Shown piece by piece: positions 36,822 through 46,869 of a stretch of 64,000 bases of DNA. The translations under genes and the position numbers were made by a program. Origin of the DNA: Verrucomicrobia subdivision 3 bacterium UBA6082 (GTDB taxonomy: Bacteria; Verrucomicrobiota; Verrucomicrobiia; Limisphaerales; UBA8199). The notes under the pieces were generated by a model, which worked only from the letters and a program-made list of their open reading frames with translations, was not told the DNA's origin and did no database searches. The DNA lies in contig DIXK01000096.1 in the NCBI GenBank assembly GCA_002428665.1, positions 49,524 to 113,523 of the forward strand, read 5' to 3'. Within the stretch, counting starts at the first letter, position 1; each line of letters begins with the position of its first letter.

Positions 36822-38927
36822 ATGGCTACCAAACCTAACAATCCTGATCAATCGGAACTGCCGATCACGAACGGCGCCCCCCTCCCAGCAGCCCCTGACG
36901 CCAACGGCAAGGAGAATGGGGAAGCGCATGTGCTCGCCGAAAGCGGCGCTCCTGTGGCACCCTCCAAGCCCTTCGTGCCAGGCAGAATCGACCTGCCATT
37001 GCATGGTCGGGTGAATCGCAGTTTCCTCGACTACGCTTCTTACGTCATTCGAGATCGGGCTATTCCCAACCTCGCCGATGGTCTGAAGCCCGTGCAGCGG
37101 CGTATTTTGTGGGCCTTGCACCAAATGGATGACGGGCGTTTCATCAAGGTGGCCAATGTCACTGGCGAGACCATGAAGTACCACCCCCATGGTGATGCTT
37201 CAATTTCCGATGCCCTTGTTGTGATCGCCAACAAACGCTACCTGATTGACCGGCAGGGGAATTACGGGAACATTTACACTGGTGACCCCGCTGCGGCTCC
37301 GCGGTATATCGAGTGTCGCCTGACCCCGCTGGCTCGCGAGCAAATCTTCAACGATGAGATTACCGAACTGGTTCCCAGTTATGATGGGCGGCGTGACGAG
37401 CCAGTCACATTGCCCTGCAAGCTGCCTTTGGTTCTCATGCTGGGGACTGAGGGCATCGCCGTGGGTATGTCTTCCCGGATTTTGCCTCACAACTTCCCGG
37501 AGTTGATCCAGGGCCAAATCGCGATCCTGAAGAAGCAGCCTTTTAAGTGCCTTCCTGATTTTCAAACCGGCGGTCTCATGGACGCTCGGGAATACAGAGA
37601 TGGCGCCGGCCAGATTAAAGTCCGCGCCAAGATCAAGGTGAAGGATGATTCGACGGTAGTAATCAAGGAGATTCCTCCGAGCACCACTACCGATTCGCTC
37701 ATTAGTTCCATCGAAGACGCCGCTCGCAAAGGCAAGATCAAGATCAAGAGCGTTAGCGATTTTACCTCCGCGGAGGCCGAAATTGAGGTGCGCGCACCCA
37801 GCGGGGTCAGCGCGGACCAATTAGTCGACGCTCTTTACGCGTTTACTGATTGTGAGATTACCCTCGCGAGCCGAATCATCGTGATTCGCAATCATCGTCC
37901 AGTAGAGATGACAGTTACCGAGGTCCTGCGCGAGAATACCACTCAATTGGTGGATATTCTCAAGCGGGAGTTGGAACTCAAAGAAGGGCGGCTGCAGGAC
38001 GAACTTCACTTTCGTACTTTGGAGAGAATTTTCATTGAGGAGCGGATTTACAAACGCATCGAGCAATGCAAAACCAATGAGGCGGTCGTCGCTGCGGTTT
38101 ATGAAGGATTCAAGCCCTTCCGCAAGCAGTTCGTCCGGGAACTCGTCGACGCTGATGTAGAACGTTTGCTACAGGTCCGCATTCGCCGCATCTCCCTGTT
38201 CGATATCAACCAGCATCGGCAGGAGATGGAGAGGGTTAAGTCGGACCTCAACGAAACCTGCAAAAACCTCAAGCATCTCACTCGCTTCGTCATTGCTCAC
38301 CTAGAAGCTCTCCTGGAAAAGTATGGTCCCCAATATCCGCGTCTCACCAAATCCAGTCGCTACGACGAAGTCGATGCCAGGGAAGTGGCTTTTAAGGCGT
38401 TCAAAGTGGCATACGATCGTGAGTCAGGCTACATCGGCTACAAGGTTTCCGGTGAAGAATTCCGGCTCGATTGCACTCGCTTCGATAAACTCATTATGGT
38501 CTTTCGCGATGGCCACTACCGCGTGATTGAGTTGCCCGAGAAGCTATTTATTGGTCCCGATCTTATTTACTGCGGGGTGCCGGAACGCGACCGCGTTTTC
38601 ACGCTCGCCTACACTAATCGCGAGGCGACCTTTCTCAAAAGGTTCACTTTTGGTGGTACGATTTTGGAGAAGATTTATCAGTGCATACCACCCAAGTCCA
38701 AGATTCTGTTCTTCGAGGCCGATACTCCGCAGGAACTCTACATCAAGTACAAACCTGCTCCGTATCAAAAGATTAACCAGCAGACCTGCAAGCCGGCCGA
38801 AGTGGAGATTAAGGGGCCAAAAACCCGCGGCAGGCAGATCTCCATCAAAGACGTCGCTTCCATTAATAGCAAACCGCCACGGGGGTGGGACACTGAAGCC
38901 CCAACCACCCGGTTACAGTTTGCCTGA
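36822..38927 (+). CDS. parC: Type IIA DNA topoisomerase subunit A (topo IV ParC-like; no GyrA-box seen)
   Basis: 'GLKPVQRRILWAL', 'KYHPHGDASI' and the catalytic Tyr block 'AAPRYIECRLT'. I did not see a QRRGGKG GyrA-box in the short C-terminal domain. There is an about 45-aa low-complexity N-terminal extension. Confidence 0.82.
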   Translation: MATKPNNPDQSELPITNGAPLPAAPDANGKENGEAHVLAESGAPVAPSKPFVPGRIDLPLHGRVNRSFLDYASYVIRDRAIPNLADGLKPVQRRILWALHQMDDGRFIKVANVTGETMKYHPHGDASISDALVVIANKRYLIDRQGNYGNIYTGDPAAAPRYIECRLTPLAREQIFNDEITELVPSYDGRRDEPVTLPCKLPLVLMLGTEGIAVGMSSRILPHNFPELIQGQIAILKKQPFKCLPDFQTGGLMDAREYRDGAGQIKVRAKIKVKDDSTVVIKEIPPSTTTDSLISSIEDAARKGKIKIKSVSDFTSAEAEIEVRAPSGVSADQLVDALYAFTDCEITLASRIIVIRNHRPVEMTVTEVLRENTTQLVDILKRELELKEGRLQDELHFRTLERIFIEERIYKRIEQCKTNEAVVAAVYEGFKPFRKQFVRELVDADVERLLQVRIRRISLFDINQHRQEMERVKSDLNETCKNLKHLTRFVIAHLEALLEKYGPQYPRLTKSSRYDEVDAREVAFKAFKVAYDRESGYIGYKVSGEEFRLDCTRFDKLIMVFRDGHYRVIELPEKLFIGPDLIYCGVPERDRVFTLAYTNREATFLKRFTFGGTILEKIYQCIPPKSKILFFEADTPQELYIKYKPAPYQKINQQTCKPAEVEIKGPKTRGRQISIKDVASINSKPPRGWDTEAPTTRLQFA

Positions 38928-39052
38928 TTTGAGGAACTCGAATATGCCACGCGGCTTTTTCGTCATTACTTAGCGGCGTTGAATCGGGCTTGTCCCCGGT
39001 CGGCCGTCTGACTAGATTAATTGGCTCTGGAAATCTGTTAAGAAATAAGCAA

Positions 39053-39754
39053 ATGAAACTACTTAATCACTGTTTTAAAGGGGCGACGCGGGGCGTCGGT
39101 ATCTCCCTTTCCCTCGTCTGCCTCATTGCCGCCGGTGGGGCGCTGGCCGCCGATCAAATGGTGCCGCTCGAGATCAAACTTCCGGCTCCGGCCTTCAAAG
39201 GCACTCCAAAAGACATCCAATTGAGTTCTTACGTCGAACCGCTTTCGGACAAGCCGCGCCCGATCATGCAGGTTCCTGCTGGGCTCAAGAATCTTGCCGT
39301 GGGTGCCAAAACCACCTGCAGTGACAAGAACGCGACCTCCGATGTGCTCGCAAAACTGAGCGACGGGGACAAAGAGGCTTCGGATCAAAGCATCTTTTAC
39401 CTGCGTAAGGGAACGCAGTGGGTCCAGATGGATTTCGGAGCTCCCCAGGAGTTGTTTGCCCTCGTTCTTTGGCATGCTCACAACTCTGCCAAAGTTTACC
39501 ATGATGTCATTGTGCAGGTGGCGGATGACGCCGATTTCATCGAGAATGTTCGTACGGTCTTCAACAATGACCAGGACAATACCTCAGGCTTGGGTGTCGG
39601 CACCGACCGTGAGTTCTTTGAGACGCACGAAGGAAAGTTGATCGATGCGAAGGGCATAAAGGCCCGGTTCATTCGTTTTTACTCGAAGGGCAGCACCGAG
39701 AGCGCCTTGAACGAGTACACGGAAATCGAGGTTTACGGCCGTCCGGCCAAGTAG
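39053..39754 (+). CDS. Secreted F5/8 type C (discoidin / galactose-binding-like) domain protein
   Basis: ORF track 38990. The preferred start MKLLNHCFKG... gives a signal peptide. 'WVQMDFGAPQELFALVLWH' and 'IKARFIRFYSKGSTESALNEYTEIEVYGRP' are typical discoidin-domain edges. Confidence 0.65.
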   Translation: MKLLNHCFKGATRGVGISLSLVCLIAAGGALAADQMVPLEIKLPAPAFKGTPKDIQLSSYVEPLSDKPRPIMQVPAGLKNLAVGAKTTCSDKNATSDVLAKLSDGDKEASDQSIFYLRKGTQWVQMDFGAPQELFALVLWHAHNSAKVYHDVIVQVADDADFIENVRTVFNNDQDNTSGLGVGTDREFFETHEGKLIDAKGIKARFIRFYSKGSTESALNEYTEIEVYGRPAK

Positions 39755-39933
39755 ACATTCATTGCTCGTTGCTTTGTCTGACCGGCCTTCTGTTCTTGGG
39801 CCGGCAGTCAAACCCACAGTGGAAGGAGAGTTGAGGATGGAAAGACAGGTCCCAAGCCAATCCTCAAGTCTCCTTCTTTTTGGCCCACTCACCACCTTCG
39901 TTTTTCACCCTTGAAGGTCGGCGGACTCATCCC

Positions 39934-41496
39934 ATGAATCGGTGGCCACTCCTCCTCATCTTGCTGGCAGCAGCCCTCGCGCTGTTTTTCCGCGGGCCTT
40001 GGTTCGGAGGCCGCCCCATGCACAACGACGAGGCCGTCAATGCCATAAAATTCGGCCAACTATGGGAAAACGGCTCATATAGATACGACCCTAACGAGCA
40101 TCATGGGCCATCTCTCTATTACGCAACCTGGGTGTTCAATAAGCTCACCGGTGCCCCGGGTTTCGACCGTCTTCCCGAAGCGCGATACCGTATTGTCCCG
40201 GCTTTGTTCGGGGTTGGACTCGTGTTGTTGCTTCCGTGGATTCGTGACGGTCTCGGTCGTAGCGGGATGCTTTGGGCCGCGCTATTCACGGCCGTCAGCC
40301 CGGCGTTGGTCTTTTACAGTAACAATTTCATACACGAATCGCTTTTGGTTTTTGGCACCCTTCTGGCACTCGCGGCTGGTTGGCGCTACTGGCGAACCGG
40401 CAGGTGGGTTTGGGCGGTGATGGTTGGCATTGGCTTAGGCCTGATGCACGGAACCAAGGAGACTTTCGTGCTTGTCTTGGCCGCGGCGGCGATGGCCCTG
40501 GTTTTCAGTTTTCTGTGGGCGAGGTGTTTTGATGCGAGTGGCCCCGCTAGAAAATCAGCTTCATTGAACTTCCTACATGTCGCCGGCGCTGCGGGAGCCT
40601 GGCTTCTGGTTGCCTTCCTGCTTTTCTCCTCCTTTCTGACCAACCCCCAGGGGCTGATCGACTCCGTGTTGACCTATTTGCCATGGATTCAACGTGCGGC
40701 AGGGGATTCGCCGCATATCCACCCATGGACTTTCTATTTCGAACGCGTGCTTTACTTTCATCCGCCCAAGAGCTTTCTATGGACCGAGGGATTGATCTTG
40801 CTGCTCGCGTTGGTTGGTGCTTGGGCTGGATTTGCTAGGCAAAAGTTGGGCGATGCCAACGCTGTCTTTGTGCGGTTCCTTGCATTGTATTCCTTCCTGC
40901 TCGCTGCCATTTACAGCTTCATTTCTTACAAAACGCCGTGGTGCTTATTTGGCTTCTGGCACGGCTTCGTATTGTTGGCGGGTGTCGGCGCTGCCGTCTT
41001 GATCCAGGGTCTAAAACCGGTAGGCGCCCGCGTTGCCGTGAGCCTACTCCTCATTAGCGGGGCAGGGCACCTGGCGTGGCAGTCATGGCAAGCCGTTACG
41101 GAATTTGCCGCCGACCGACGCAATCCGCATGTCTATGCGCAGACGTCCCCTCACCTAATCCAACTGGTAGAACGGGTCGAGGCTCTAGCTCGGGTACATC
41201 CGGATGGTTACCAAATGTTGCTCAAGGTGGTGTCTCCCGACAGTGATTACTGGCCACTTCCCTGGTATCTGCGCCGATTCCAGCGGGTGGGTTGGTGGGA
41301 TGAAGCCCCGGCGGATCCCTATGCTCCGATCATGATAGTCTCGTCAAAACTGGATGCTGCTTTGGATGCGAGGAAAACCCATCTTATGGTGGGGTACTAT
41401 CAGCTCCGTCCGGAGGTTTTCCTGGAACTCTACGTAGAACTCGGACTGTGGAGGACCTTTCTCGAGAGGAATCCTCCTCCTATCGATCGCGAGTAA
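39934..41496 (+). CDS. GT-C fold membrane glycosyltransferase-like protein (ArnT/PMT family, TIGR03663-like)
   Basis: The preferred start is MNRWPLLLILLAAALALFFRG. 'GRPMHNDEAVNAIKFGQL...HHGPSLYY' matches the conserved N-terminal loop of this family. There are about 11 TM helices followed by a soluble C-terminal domain. Confidence 0.65.
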   Translation: MNRWPLLLILLAAALALFFRGPWFGGRPMHNDEAVNAIKFGQLWENGSYRYDPNEHHGPSLYYATWVFNKLTGAPGFDRLPEARYRIVPALFGVGLVLLLPWIRDGLGRSGMLWAALFTAVSPALVFYSNNFIHESLLVFGTLLALAAGWRYWRTGRWVWAVMVGIGLGLMHGTKETFVLVLAAAAMALVFSFLWARCFDASGPARKSASLNFLHVAGAAGAWLLVAFLLFSSFLTNPQGLIDSVLTYLPWIQRAAGDSPHIHPWTFYFERVLYFHPPKSFLWTEGLILLLALVGAWAGFARQKLGDANAVFVRFLALYSFLLAAIYSFISYKTPWCLFGFWHGFVLLAGVGAAVLIQGLKPVGARVAVSLLLISGAGHLAWQSWQAVTEFAADRRNPHVYAQTSPHLIQLVERVEALARVHPDGYQMLLKVVSPDSDYWPLPWYLRRFQRVGWWDEAPADPYAPIMIVSSKLDAALDARKTHLMVGYYQLRPEVFLELYVELGLWRTFLERNPPPIDRE

Positions 41497-41533
41497 CCCG
41501 CGAACTTCCCTTGCACGTTCAGGACACTGTGCC

Positions 41534-42247
41534 TCATTGACCTTCGGAGGGTGGTTTGAGTTCGTTGCGCAAGGCAGGCCAAAACTGGCGGGTGTATACC
41601 CCAATCGAAATTAGGTTCAGAAGAATACTAAGGATCTCAAGCCCGTGCACCACGCTTGCTGGAATCTGCAGGCACCAGTCCTTTGGCGCCTGCAGGAAGT
41701 AGTAGATTACACAGATAGTTGGGAAGGAAATCACAGTTCGTGCCTTCCCCGACCAGTTTGCTTTGGCGTCCAGTTTGTAGAGGGCTCCCAACGATCGCAG
41801 AAAAGAGACCCACTGGTCTCTGAGCAGAAAGAATATCGCCATGATTACGAGGATCTGGGCATGGAAGTGCTGCCCCATTCGCGCCGCGAGATATACCAAT
41901 ATTGGGAACGTGGTCAGGTAGAAAATCTTGTCCATCATCGGGTCGGCATAGCTGCCGAGCCGCGAGGTTACCTTTAACTTGCGCGCGTAATAACCGTCAA
42001 GCAAATCGGAAACGGCGGAAAGGATCATGGCTGCGAACGCCACCCCAAACCAAAAGCCGTCCACCGGATAGCCGACAAACACGCTGACCACTAGGAAAAG
42101 AAAAATCAGAGGCACTCTGATGAGGGTCAGACTCTGGACGAAATAGAAGCGGGCATTCAAGATTATGCGGCGGTTGTTTGCGCCTTTGGACTTACTTTCT
42201 TTCTCCAATTCTTGGCCTCTCCTTGTGCCAAGTCGTGCTCTGCTCAT
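41534..42247 (-). CDS. CDP-alcohol phosphatidyltransferase family protein
   Basis: Motif '[30 protein letters not shown]' (D-x2-DG-x2-AR-x8-G-x3-D-x3-D). The ORF is open to 42490, but that part lies inside gatA. The first ATG compatible with the family length is 42247, which still overlaps gatA by 56 nt. Confidence 0.8.
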   Translation of the reverse strand: MSRARLGTRRGQELEKESKSKGANNRRIILNARFYFVQSLTLIRVPLIFLFLVVSVFVGYPVDGFWFGVAFAAMILSAVSDLLDGYYARKLKVTSRLGSYADPMMDKIFYLTTFPILVYLAARMGQHFHAQILVIMAIFFLLRDQWVSFLRSLGALYKLDAKANWSGKARTVISFPTICVIYYFLQAPKDWCLQIPASVVHGLEILSILLNLISIGVYTRQFWPALRNELKPPSEGQ

Positions 42248-43667
42248 ACGCGTGAGCCAGGCGCAAGATGGTCTCTTCAGCAAAGGGCTTTCCCTGTAAC
42301 TGCAGCCCGATCGGCAACTTCGGATCGCGGGTAAACCCGCACGGGAGGCTGATCCCGCAGATGCCCGCGAGATTGGCGGATATTGTGAATATATCCGAAA
42401 GATACATTTGAAGTGGGTCACCGGTCTTTTCGCCAATCCGGAACGCTGGCGTAGGTGTGGTCGGAGTAAGAATGGCGTCCACTTGTTCAAAGGCCTTCAG
42501 GAAATCACTCCGGATCAACGTGCGGACCTTCTGCGCTCGAAGGTAGTATGCATCGTAATAGCCGCTGCTCAAGACATAGGTCCCAAGGATAATGCGGCGC
42601 TTGACTTCCACCCCGAAGCCATCTCCCCGCGTTCGCGAATACAATTCCGCCGGGTCAGAGCCCTCCACACGCAGCCCGTAACGGATCCCATCAAAACGCG
42701 CCAGGTTCGCACTGGCTTCCGCCGTCGCGATAATGTAGTAGGTCGCGATCGCGTAGTCCGTGTGTGGAAGGGAGACATCGACAACGGTTGCTCCAAGTTT
42801 TGCGAATTGCTTCACTGCGGCTTTAATCGCCGTTTCGACCTCAGCATCCAGCCCACCCACCATGTATTCCTTGGGTAAACCGATCCTCAAACCTTTGATC
42901 TCGCCGGTCAAGGCACTGGTGTAATGCGGCACGGGCTGCGGTACGGTCGTCGAATCTCGGGGATCCATCCCGCTGAGTGCTTCCAGCAAAACAGCCGCAT
43001 CCCGCACTCGCTTGGCGCAGCACCCAACCTGATCCAAAGACGAGGCATAAGCGACCAAACCGTACCGCGAGACACGCCCGTAGCTTGGCTTAAGCCCTAC
43101 ACAACCGCACAAAGCCGCCGGTTGACGTACTGAACCACCGGTGTCCGAACCAAGTGAGGCGATGCACTCATCGGCCACCACCGCAGCCGCAGAACCTCCC
43201 GAAGATCCGCCCGGGATCCTCGTCGTATCCCAAGGGTTTCGCACTGGACCGAAAGCCGAGTTCTCATTCGAACTTCCCATCGCGAACTCGTCCATGTTCA
43301 ATCGTCCGAAAACTACGGCCCCAGCCGCACGCAAGCGGGAAATGACCGTCGCGTCGTAGGGCGATAGGTAGTCGTGGAGAATTCTCGAGCCACAGCTCAT
43401 GGGTTGGTTCCTGACCGCGATTATATCCTTAATGGCGACGGGCACTCCGAGCAAAGGCTTTTCCCTGTGCGTAACCCCGGCGGTCATCGCTTGGTCAGCT
43501 GCTTTTGCCTGAGCCAGCGCATCCTCAGAATCGCAACTAAGGAAAGCATGCAGTTCGCTGTCCACTCGTTTGATCTGGTCCAGGCAATCTTGGGTAACGG
43601 CGCAGGAGGAAACCTGGCGGTCCTCGAGCCTCTCCACCAATTCTGTTAGCGTCAGTTGATTCAGCAT
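42192..43667 (-). CDS. gatA: Glutamyl/aspartyl-tRNA amidotransferase subunit A
   Basis: 491 aa. Amidase signature '[13 protein letters not shown]', with 'KDIIAV' and '[13 protein letters not shown]'. Confidence 0.95.
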   Translation of the reverse strand: MLNQLTLTELVERLEDRQVSSCAVTQDCLDQIKRVDSELHAFLSCDSEDALAQAKAADQAMTAGVTHREKPLLGVPVAIKDIIAVRNQPMSCGSRILHDYLSPYDATVISRLRAAGAVVFGRLNMDEFAMGSSNENSAFGPVRNPWDTTRIPGGSSGGSAAAVVADECIASLGSDTGGSVRQPAALCGCVGLKPSYGRVSRYGLVAYASSLDQVGCCAKRVRDAAVLLEALSGMDPRDSTTVPQPVPHYTSALTGEIKGLRIGLPKEYMVGGLDAEVETAIKAAVKQFAKLGATVVDVSLPHTDYAIATYYIIATAEASANLARFDGIRYGLRVEGSDPAELYSRTRGDGFGVEVKRRIILGTYVLSSGYYDAYYLRAQKVRTLIRSDFLKAFEQVDAILTPTTPTPAFRIGEKTGDPLQMYLSDIFTISANLAGICGISLPCGFTRDPKLPIGLQLQGKPFAEETILRLAHAYEQSTTWHKERPRIGERK

Positions 43668-43869
43668 GAGACTTCGCTGTTTGCGGTTTCAGCGAACGCC
43701 ATGACATTGCCGGACAACCGCTGGAAAGGCAAGCTGTTGCCTGGAAGCAACGTGGACTCCTTATCACTCGCTTTTGGTTCGCCCGGGTCAAAGCAGGTTT
43801 TTCCCCCTTGCTACCAAATCATAATTTCAACCAGAATCACGGTGACTGAATTGAACGACGAGTATTCTC

Positions 43870-45231
43870 ATGCGCATCCTAATCAAACACGTGCTGGCTT
43901 CAGGAGAACCTCGGGAACGGGTCGTGGTTAAGGGGTGGGTGAGGACCCGAAGGGATTCTAAAGGTTTTTCCTTTCTTGAACTCAATGACGGATCCTGTCT
44001 GGCGAACCTCCAGGTGGTGGCCGATTATGGGATTCCAGGTTCTGACCAATTGCCGCACTTTGCCACCGGGGCGTCGGTGGTCATTGAGGGCCAATTGGTG
44101 GCCTCTCCAGCGCAGGGTCAGAAGTGGGAGTTGCGGGCAAAGCGGGTTGAATTGATTGGCACTACGGATGCAGCCTACCCTCTGCAAAAGAAAGGACACA
44201 CGGCTGAATTCATGCGCACAATCGCGCATTTGCGGCCCCGCTCTAACCTCTATGGAGCGGTCTTCCGGACGCGTAGCCGCTTGGCTTATGCGGTTCACCA
44301 GTTCTTCCAAGAGCGGGATTTCGTCTACGTGCATACCCCGATTATTACCGCAAGCGACTGCGAAGGGGCGGGGGAAATGTTCCGCGTTACGACCTTGAAG
44401 GGCAATATCGACGAGAAGCCGAATGAGGATTTCTTTGGAAAGCGGTCTTACCTGACCGTCAGTGGCCAACTCGAGGGAGAGACCTTTGCTTGCGCTCTGT
44501 CGAACATCTATACTTTCGGCCCAACTTTTCGTGCCGAAAACTCGAACACTGCCCGCCATGCCGCCGAGTTCTGGATGATCGAACCGGAAATGGCGTTTTG
44601 CGACCTAGTCGGCGACATGGACCTGGGAGAGCAGTTTGTTAAGGCGATGGCGCAGTATGCCATTGAGCACTGTGCGGAGGACCTTGCCCTCTTCGGTAAG
44701 TTTGTGGACAAGGAACTGCATCAGCGGCTTAAGTTCGTTACGGAGCGCCCATTTGTGCGCGTGCCCTATACCGATGCTGTCGGGATTCTGCAGAAATCAG
44801 GCCGCACATTCGAATACCCGGTGAACTACGGCCTGAGTCTGCAGTCAGAGCATGAGCGGTTCCTAACCGAGGTGCATTTCAAGTCGCCGGTTACCGTGTA
44901 CAACTACCCAAGGGAAATCAAGCCCTTCTACATGCGGCAAAACGACGACGGCAAAACCGTCACGGCCATGGACGTTCTGGTTCCCGGGATTGGGGAAGTC
45001 ATCGGCGGTGCCCAGCGCGAGGAGCGGCTCGAGCAATTGAACGAAAACATGAAGTTTCACAACCTCAATCCCGAGGATTACTGGTGGTACGTGGACCTAA
45101 GGCGTTACGGTACAGTGCCGCATGCCGGTTTTGGTTTGGGATTTGAGAGGCTCCTGATGTTCCTGACCGGGGTCTCAAATATTCGGGATGTGATTCCCTT
45201 TGCGCGAACACCCGGGAGCGCCGAATTCTAG
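43870..45231 (+). CDS. asnS: Asparagine--tRNA ligase
   Basis: '[23 protein letters not shown]' and the class II C-terminus '[34 protein letters not shown]' closely resemble the AsnRS I recall from E. coli. Confidence 0.92.
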   Translation: MRILIKHVLASGEPRERVVVKGWVRTRRDSKGFSFLELNDGSCLANLQVVADYGIPGSDQLPHFATGASVVIEGQLVASPAQGQKWELRAKRVELIGTTDAAYPLQKKGHTAEFMRTIAHLRPRSNLYGAVFRTRSRLAYAVHQFFQERDFVYVHTPIITASDCEGAGEMFRVTTLKGNIDEKPNEDFFGKRSYLTVSGQLEGETFACALSNIYTFGPTFRAENSNTARHAAEFWMIEPEMAFCDLVGDMDLGEQFVKAMAQYAIEHCAEDLALFGKFVDKELHQRLKFVTERPFVRVPYTDAVGILQKSGRTFEYPVNYGLSLQSEHERFLTEVHFKSPVTVYNYPREIKPFYMRQNDDGKTVTAMDVLVPGIGEVIGGAQREERLEQLNENMKFHNLNPEDYWWYVDLRRYGTVPHAGFGLGFERLLMFLTGVSNIRDVIPFARTPGSAEF

Positions 45232-45242
45232 TCAACCGACGG

Positions 45243-45527
45243 TTATTCGACGATCTTGGGTACCAGGAACAGCCCGTTAGCGTCGGCGGGCGCGTTTTTA
45301 AGCGCTTCCGCGTTGCTCAGCGAGGGCTGCTCTTCATCACGCCGGGTGATATTGGTTTGTGGAAAAGCGTGCGCTGTCGGTTCAACCCCGGCGACATCCA
45401 CTTCCTTGAGTTTCTCGATGTATCCGAGAATGTCCTTCAGTTGGGACCCCAGCACAGATTCCTCCTCTTCTGATAAGGAGATCCTGGCAAGTTGGGCCAC
45501 GTAACGAAGGTCAATTTCACTGGACAT
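45243..45527 (-). CDS. gatC: Glutamyl/aspartyl-tRNA amidotransferase subunit C
   Basis: 94 aa with 'VAQLARISLSEEEESVLGSQLKDILGYIEKLKEVDVAGVEPTAH'. Confidence 0.92.
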   Translation of the reverse strand: MSSEIDLRYVAQLARISLSEEEESVLGSQLKDILGYIEKLKEVDVAGVEPTAHAFPQTNITRRDEEQPSLSNAEALKNAPADANGLFLVPKIVE

Positions 45528-45542
45528 GATGGAGGGAGGAGG

Positions 45543-45839
45543 TCACTCCTCGTCGAACTTGCGCTGGATGAGCGTTTCGATCTCAGCCAAAGCTGCAGAG
45601 GCATCGTGTCCTTCAGCACTAACCGTCAGTTTACTCCCCGGACCCGCAGCCAACATCATCAGGCCCATAATGCTCTTGCCGTTCACTCGTTCACCGTCCT
45701 TCTCAACAAAAACATCGCAGGTAAAACGGTTGGCGGTCTTGACGAACATAGCGGCGGGCCGGGCGTGTATGCCCAGTTTGTTGCACACCGTGAGGTCTTT
45801 TTTCACACTGAATTCGTCTGATGTCTTTTTCGCACTCAT
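45543..45839 (-). CDS. ptsH: Phosphocarrier protein HPr
   Basis: Active-site His block 'LGIHARPAAMFV' and regulatory Ser block 'NGKSIMGLMML'. Confidence 0.92.
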   Translation of the reverse strand: MSAKKTSDEFSVKKDLTVCNKLGIHARPAAMFVKTANRFTCDVFVEKDGERVNGKSIMGLMMLAAGPGSKLTVSAEGHDASAALAEIETLIQRKFDEE

Positions 45840-45890
45840 CCAACCTGCCGCAAATTAATACCCGAAGGCAGGGTGTGACGCCACTGAATT

Positions 45891-46838
45891 CTAGACTTTG
45901 CCGGTAGCCGCCATTCGGGCAATGAGCCGATCATTTAACTCTTTTGCAGGGTTATACCCTGAGGACTTGAGTTTCGTGTGAAACGCTGCGACCTCAATCA
46001 GGCGGGCCAGATCTCGTCCGGGACGGACCGGAATCGTGATGTGGGGTATGTCAATCCCCAGAATCTGGACGCATTCTTCATCGATTCCCAGGCGGTCCAC
46101 GTCCTGAACCTCATTCCACGACTTCAAGGTGACTACTAGATCCACTTTCTTCTCCTGGCGAATACTTCTGACGCCAAACATCGCTGCCACATTGATGATT
46201 CCGATTCCCCGGACCTCCATGTGGTTTCGGGTAACCTCCGCGCTCTTGCCAATCACTTCCCGGCCATCGACCAGAGTGACTTTGGTGATATCATCCGCCA
46301 CTAGACTGTAGCCGCGTTCGATCAACGCCAGGACGCTCTCGCTCTTACCTATGCCACTTTCCCCGCGAATAATTACGCCGACCCCCAAGATGTCCACCAT
46401 GCTACCCATTTCCGTTCCTCGGGGAGCGAACATGAGTTCCATCGCCAGAGTCGCCAGGTTAATGAACTTCATGGTTACAAACGGACATCGGAAGACCGGC
46501 AGCGAGGCTTTCTCGGCTGCCTTTAGAAATTCCTTGTCCGGATGCAGATTCCGAGAGAACACCACGCAGGGTATCTTATAGGAAAAAAACCGCTCATATC
46601 TTGCCGACCGGGCTTCCGGCGTGAGCGACTTCAGATAGTAGGATTCCGCATTGCCAATAACCTGGATCCTCTTAAATGCGAAATACTTGTCAAATCCAGT
46701 CAGTATCAACCCAGGCCGGTTGACTGTGGGCTCCTTGATCGCGCGTCTGAGCCCGGTGGCTCCCGCAACCAGGTTTAGTTCTAGAGCGCCAGCGTGATCG
46801 GTGTAAAGGCGCTCGACTGTGACAAGATCGCGTTGCAT
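45891..46838 (-). CDS. hprK: HPr kinase/phosphorylase
   Basis: 315 aa. P-loop 'GESGIGKSE', 'LVADD' and 'MEVRGIGIINV' signature. Confidence 0.93.
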   Translation of the reverse strand: MQRDLVTVERLYTDHAGALELNLVAGATGLRRAIKEPTVNRPGLILTGFDKYFAFKRIQVIGNAESYYLKSLTPEARSARYERFFSYKIPCVVFSRNLHPDKEFLKAAEKASLPVFRCPFVTMKFINLATLAMELMFAPRGTEMGSMVDILGVGVIIRGESGIGKSESVLALIERGYSLVADDITKVTLVDGREVIGKSAEVTRNHMEVRGIGIINVAAMFGVRSIRQEKKVDLVVTLKSWNEVQDVDRLGIDEECVQILGIDIPHITIPVRPGRDLARLIEVAAFHTKLKSSGYNPAKELNDRLIARMAATGKV

Positions 46839-46869
46839 GGTGATTGACCGAGTCTCAGGTTGGTTTTGC

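Noticed and set aside
42248-42490. Upstream 81-codon extension of the CDP-alcohol phosphatidyltransferase ORF.
   Set aside because: It lies inside the 3' part of gatA in another frame, and its sequence is R/S/C-rich and non-membrane-like. The family-typical length is reached from ATG 42247.
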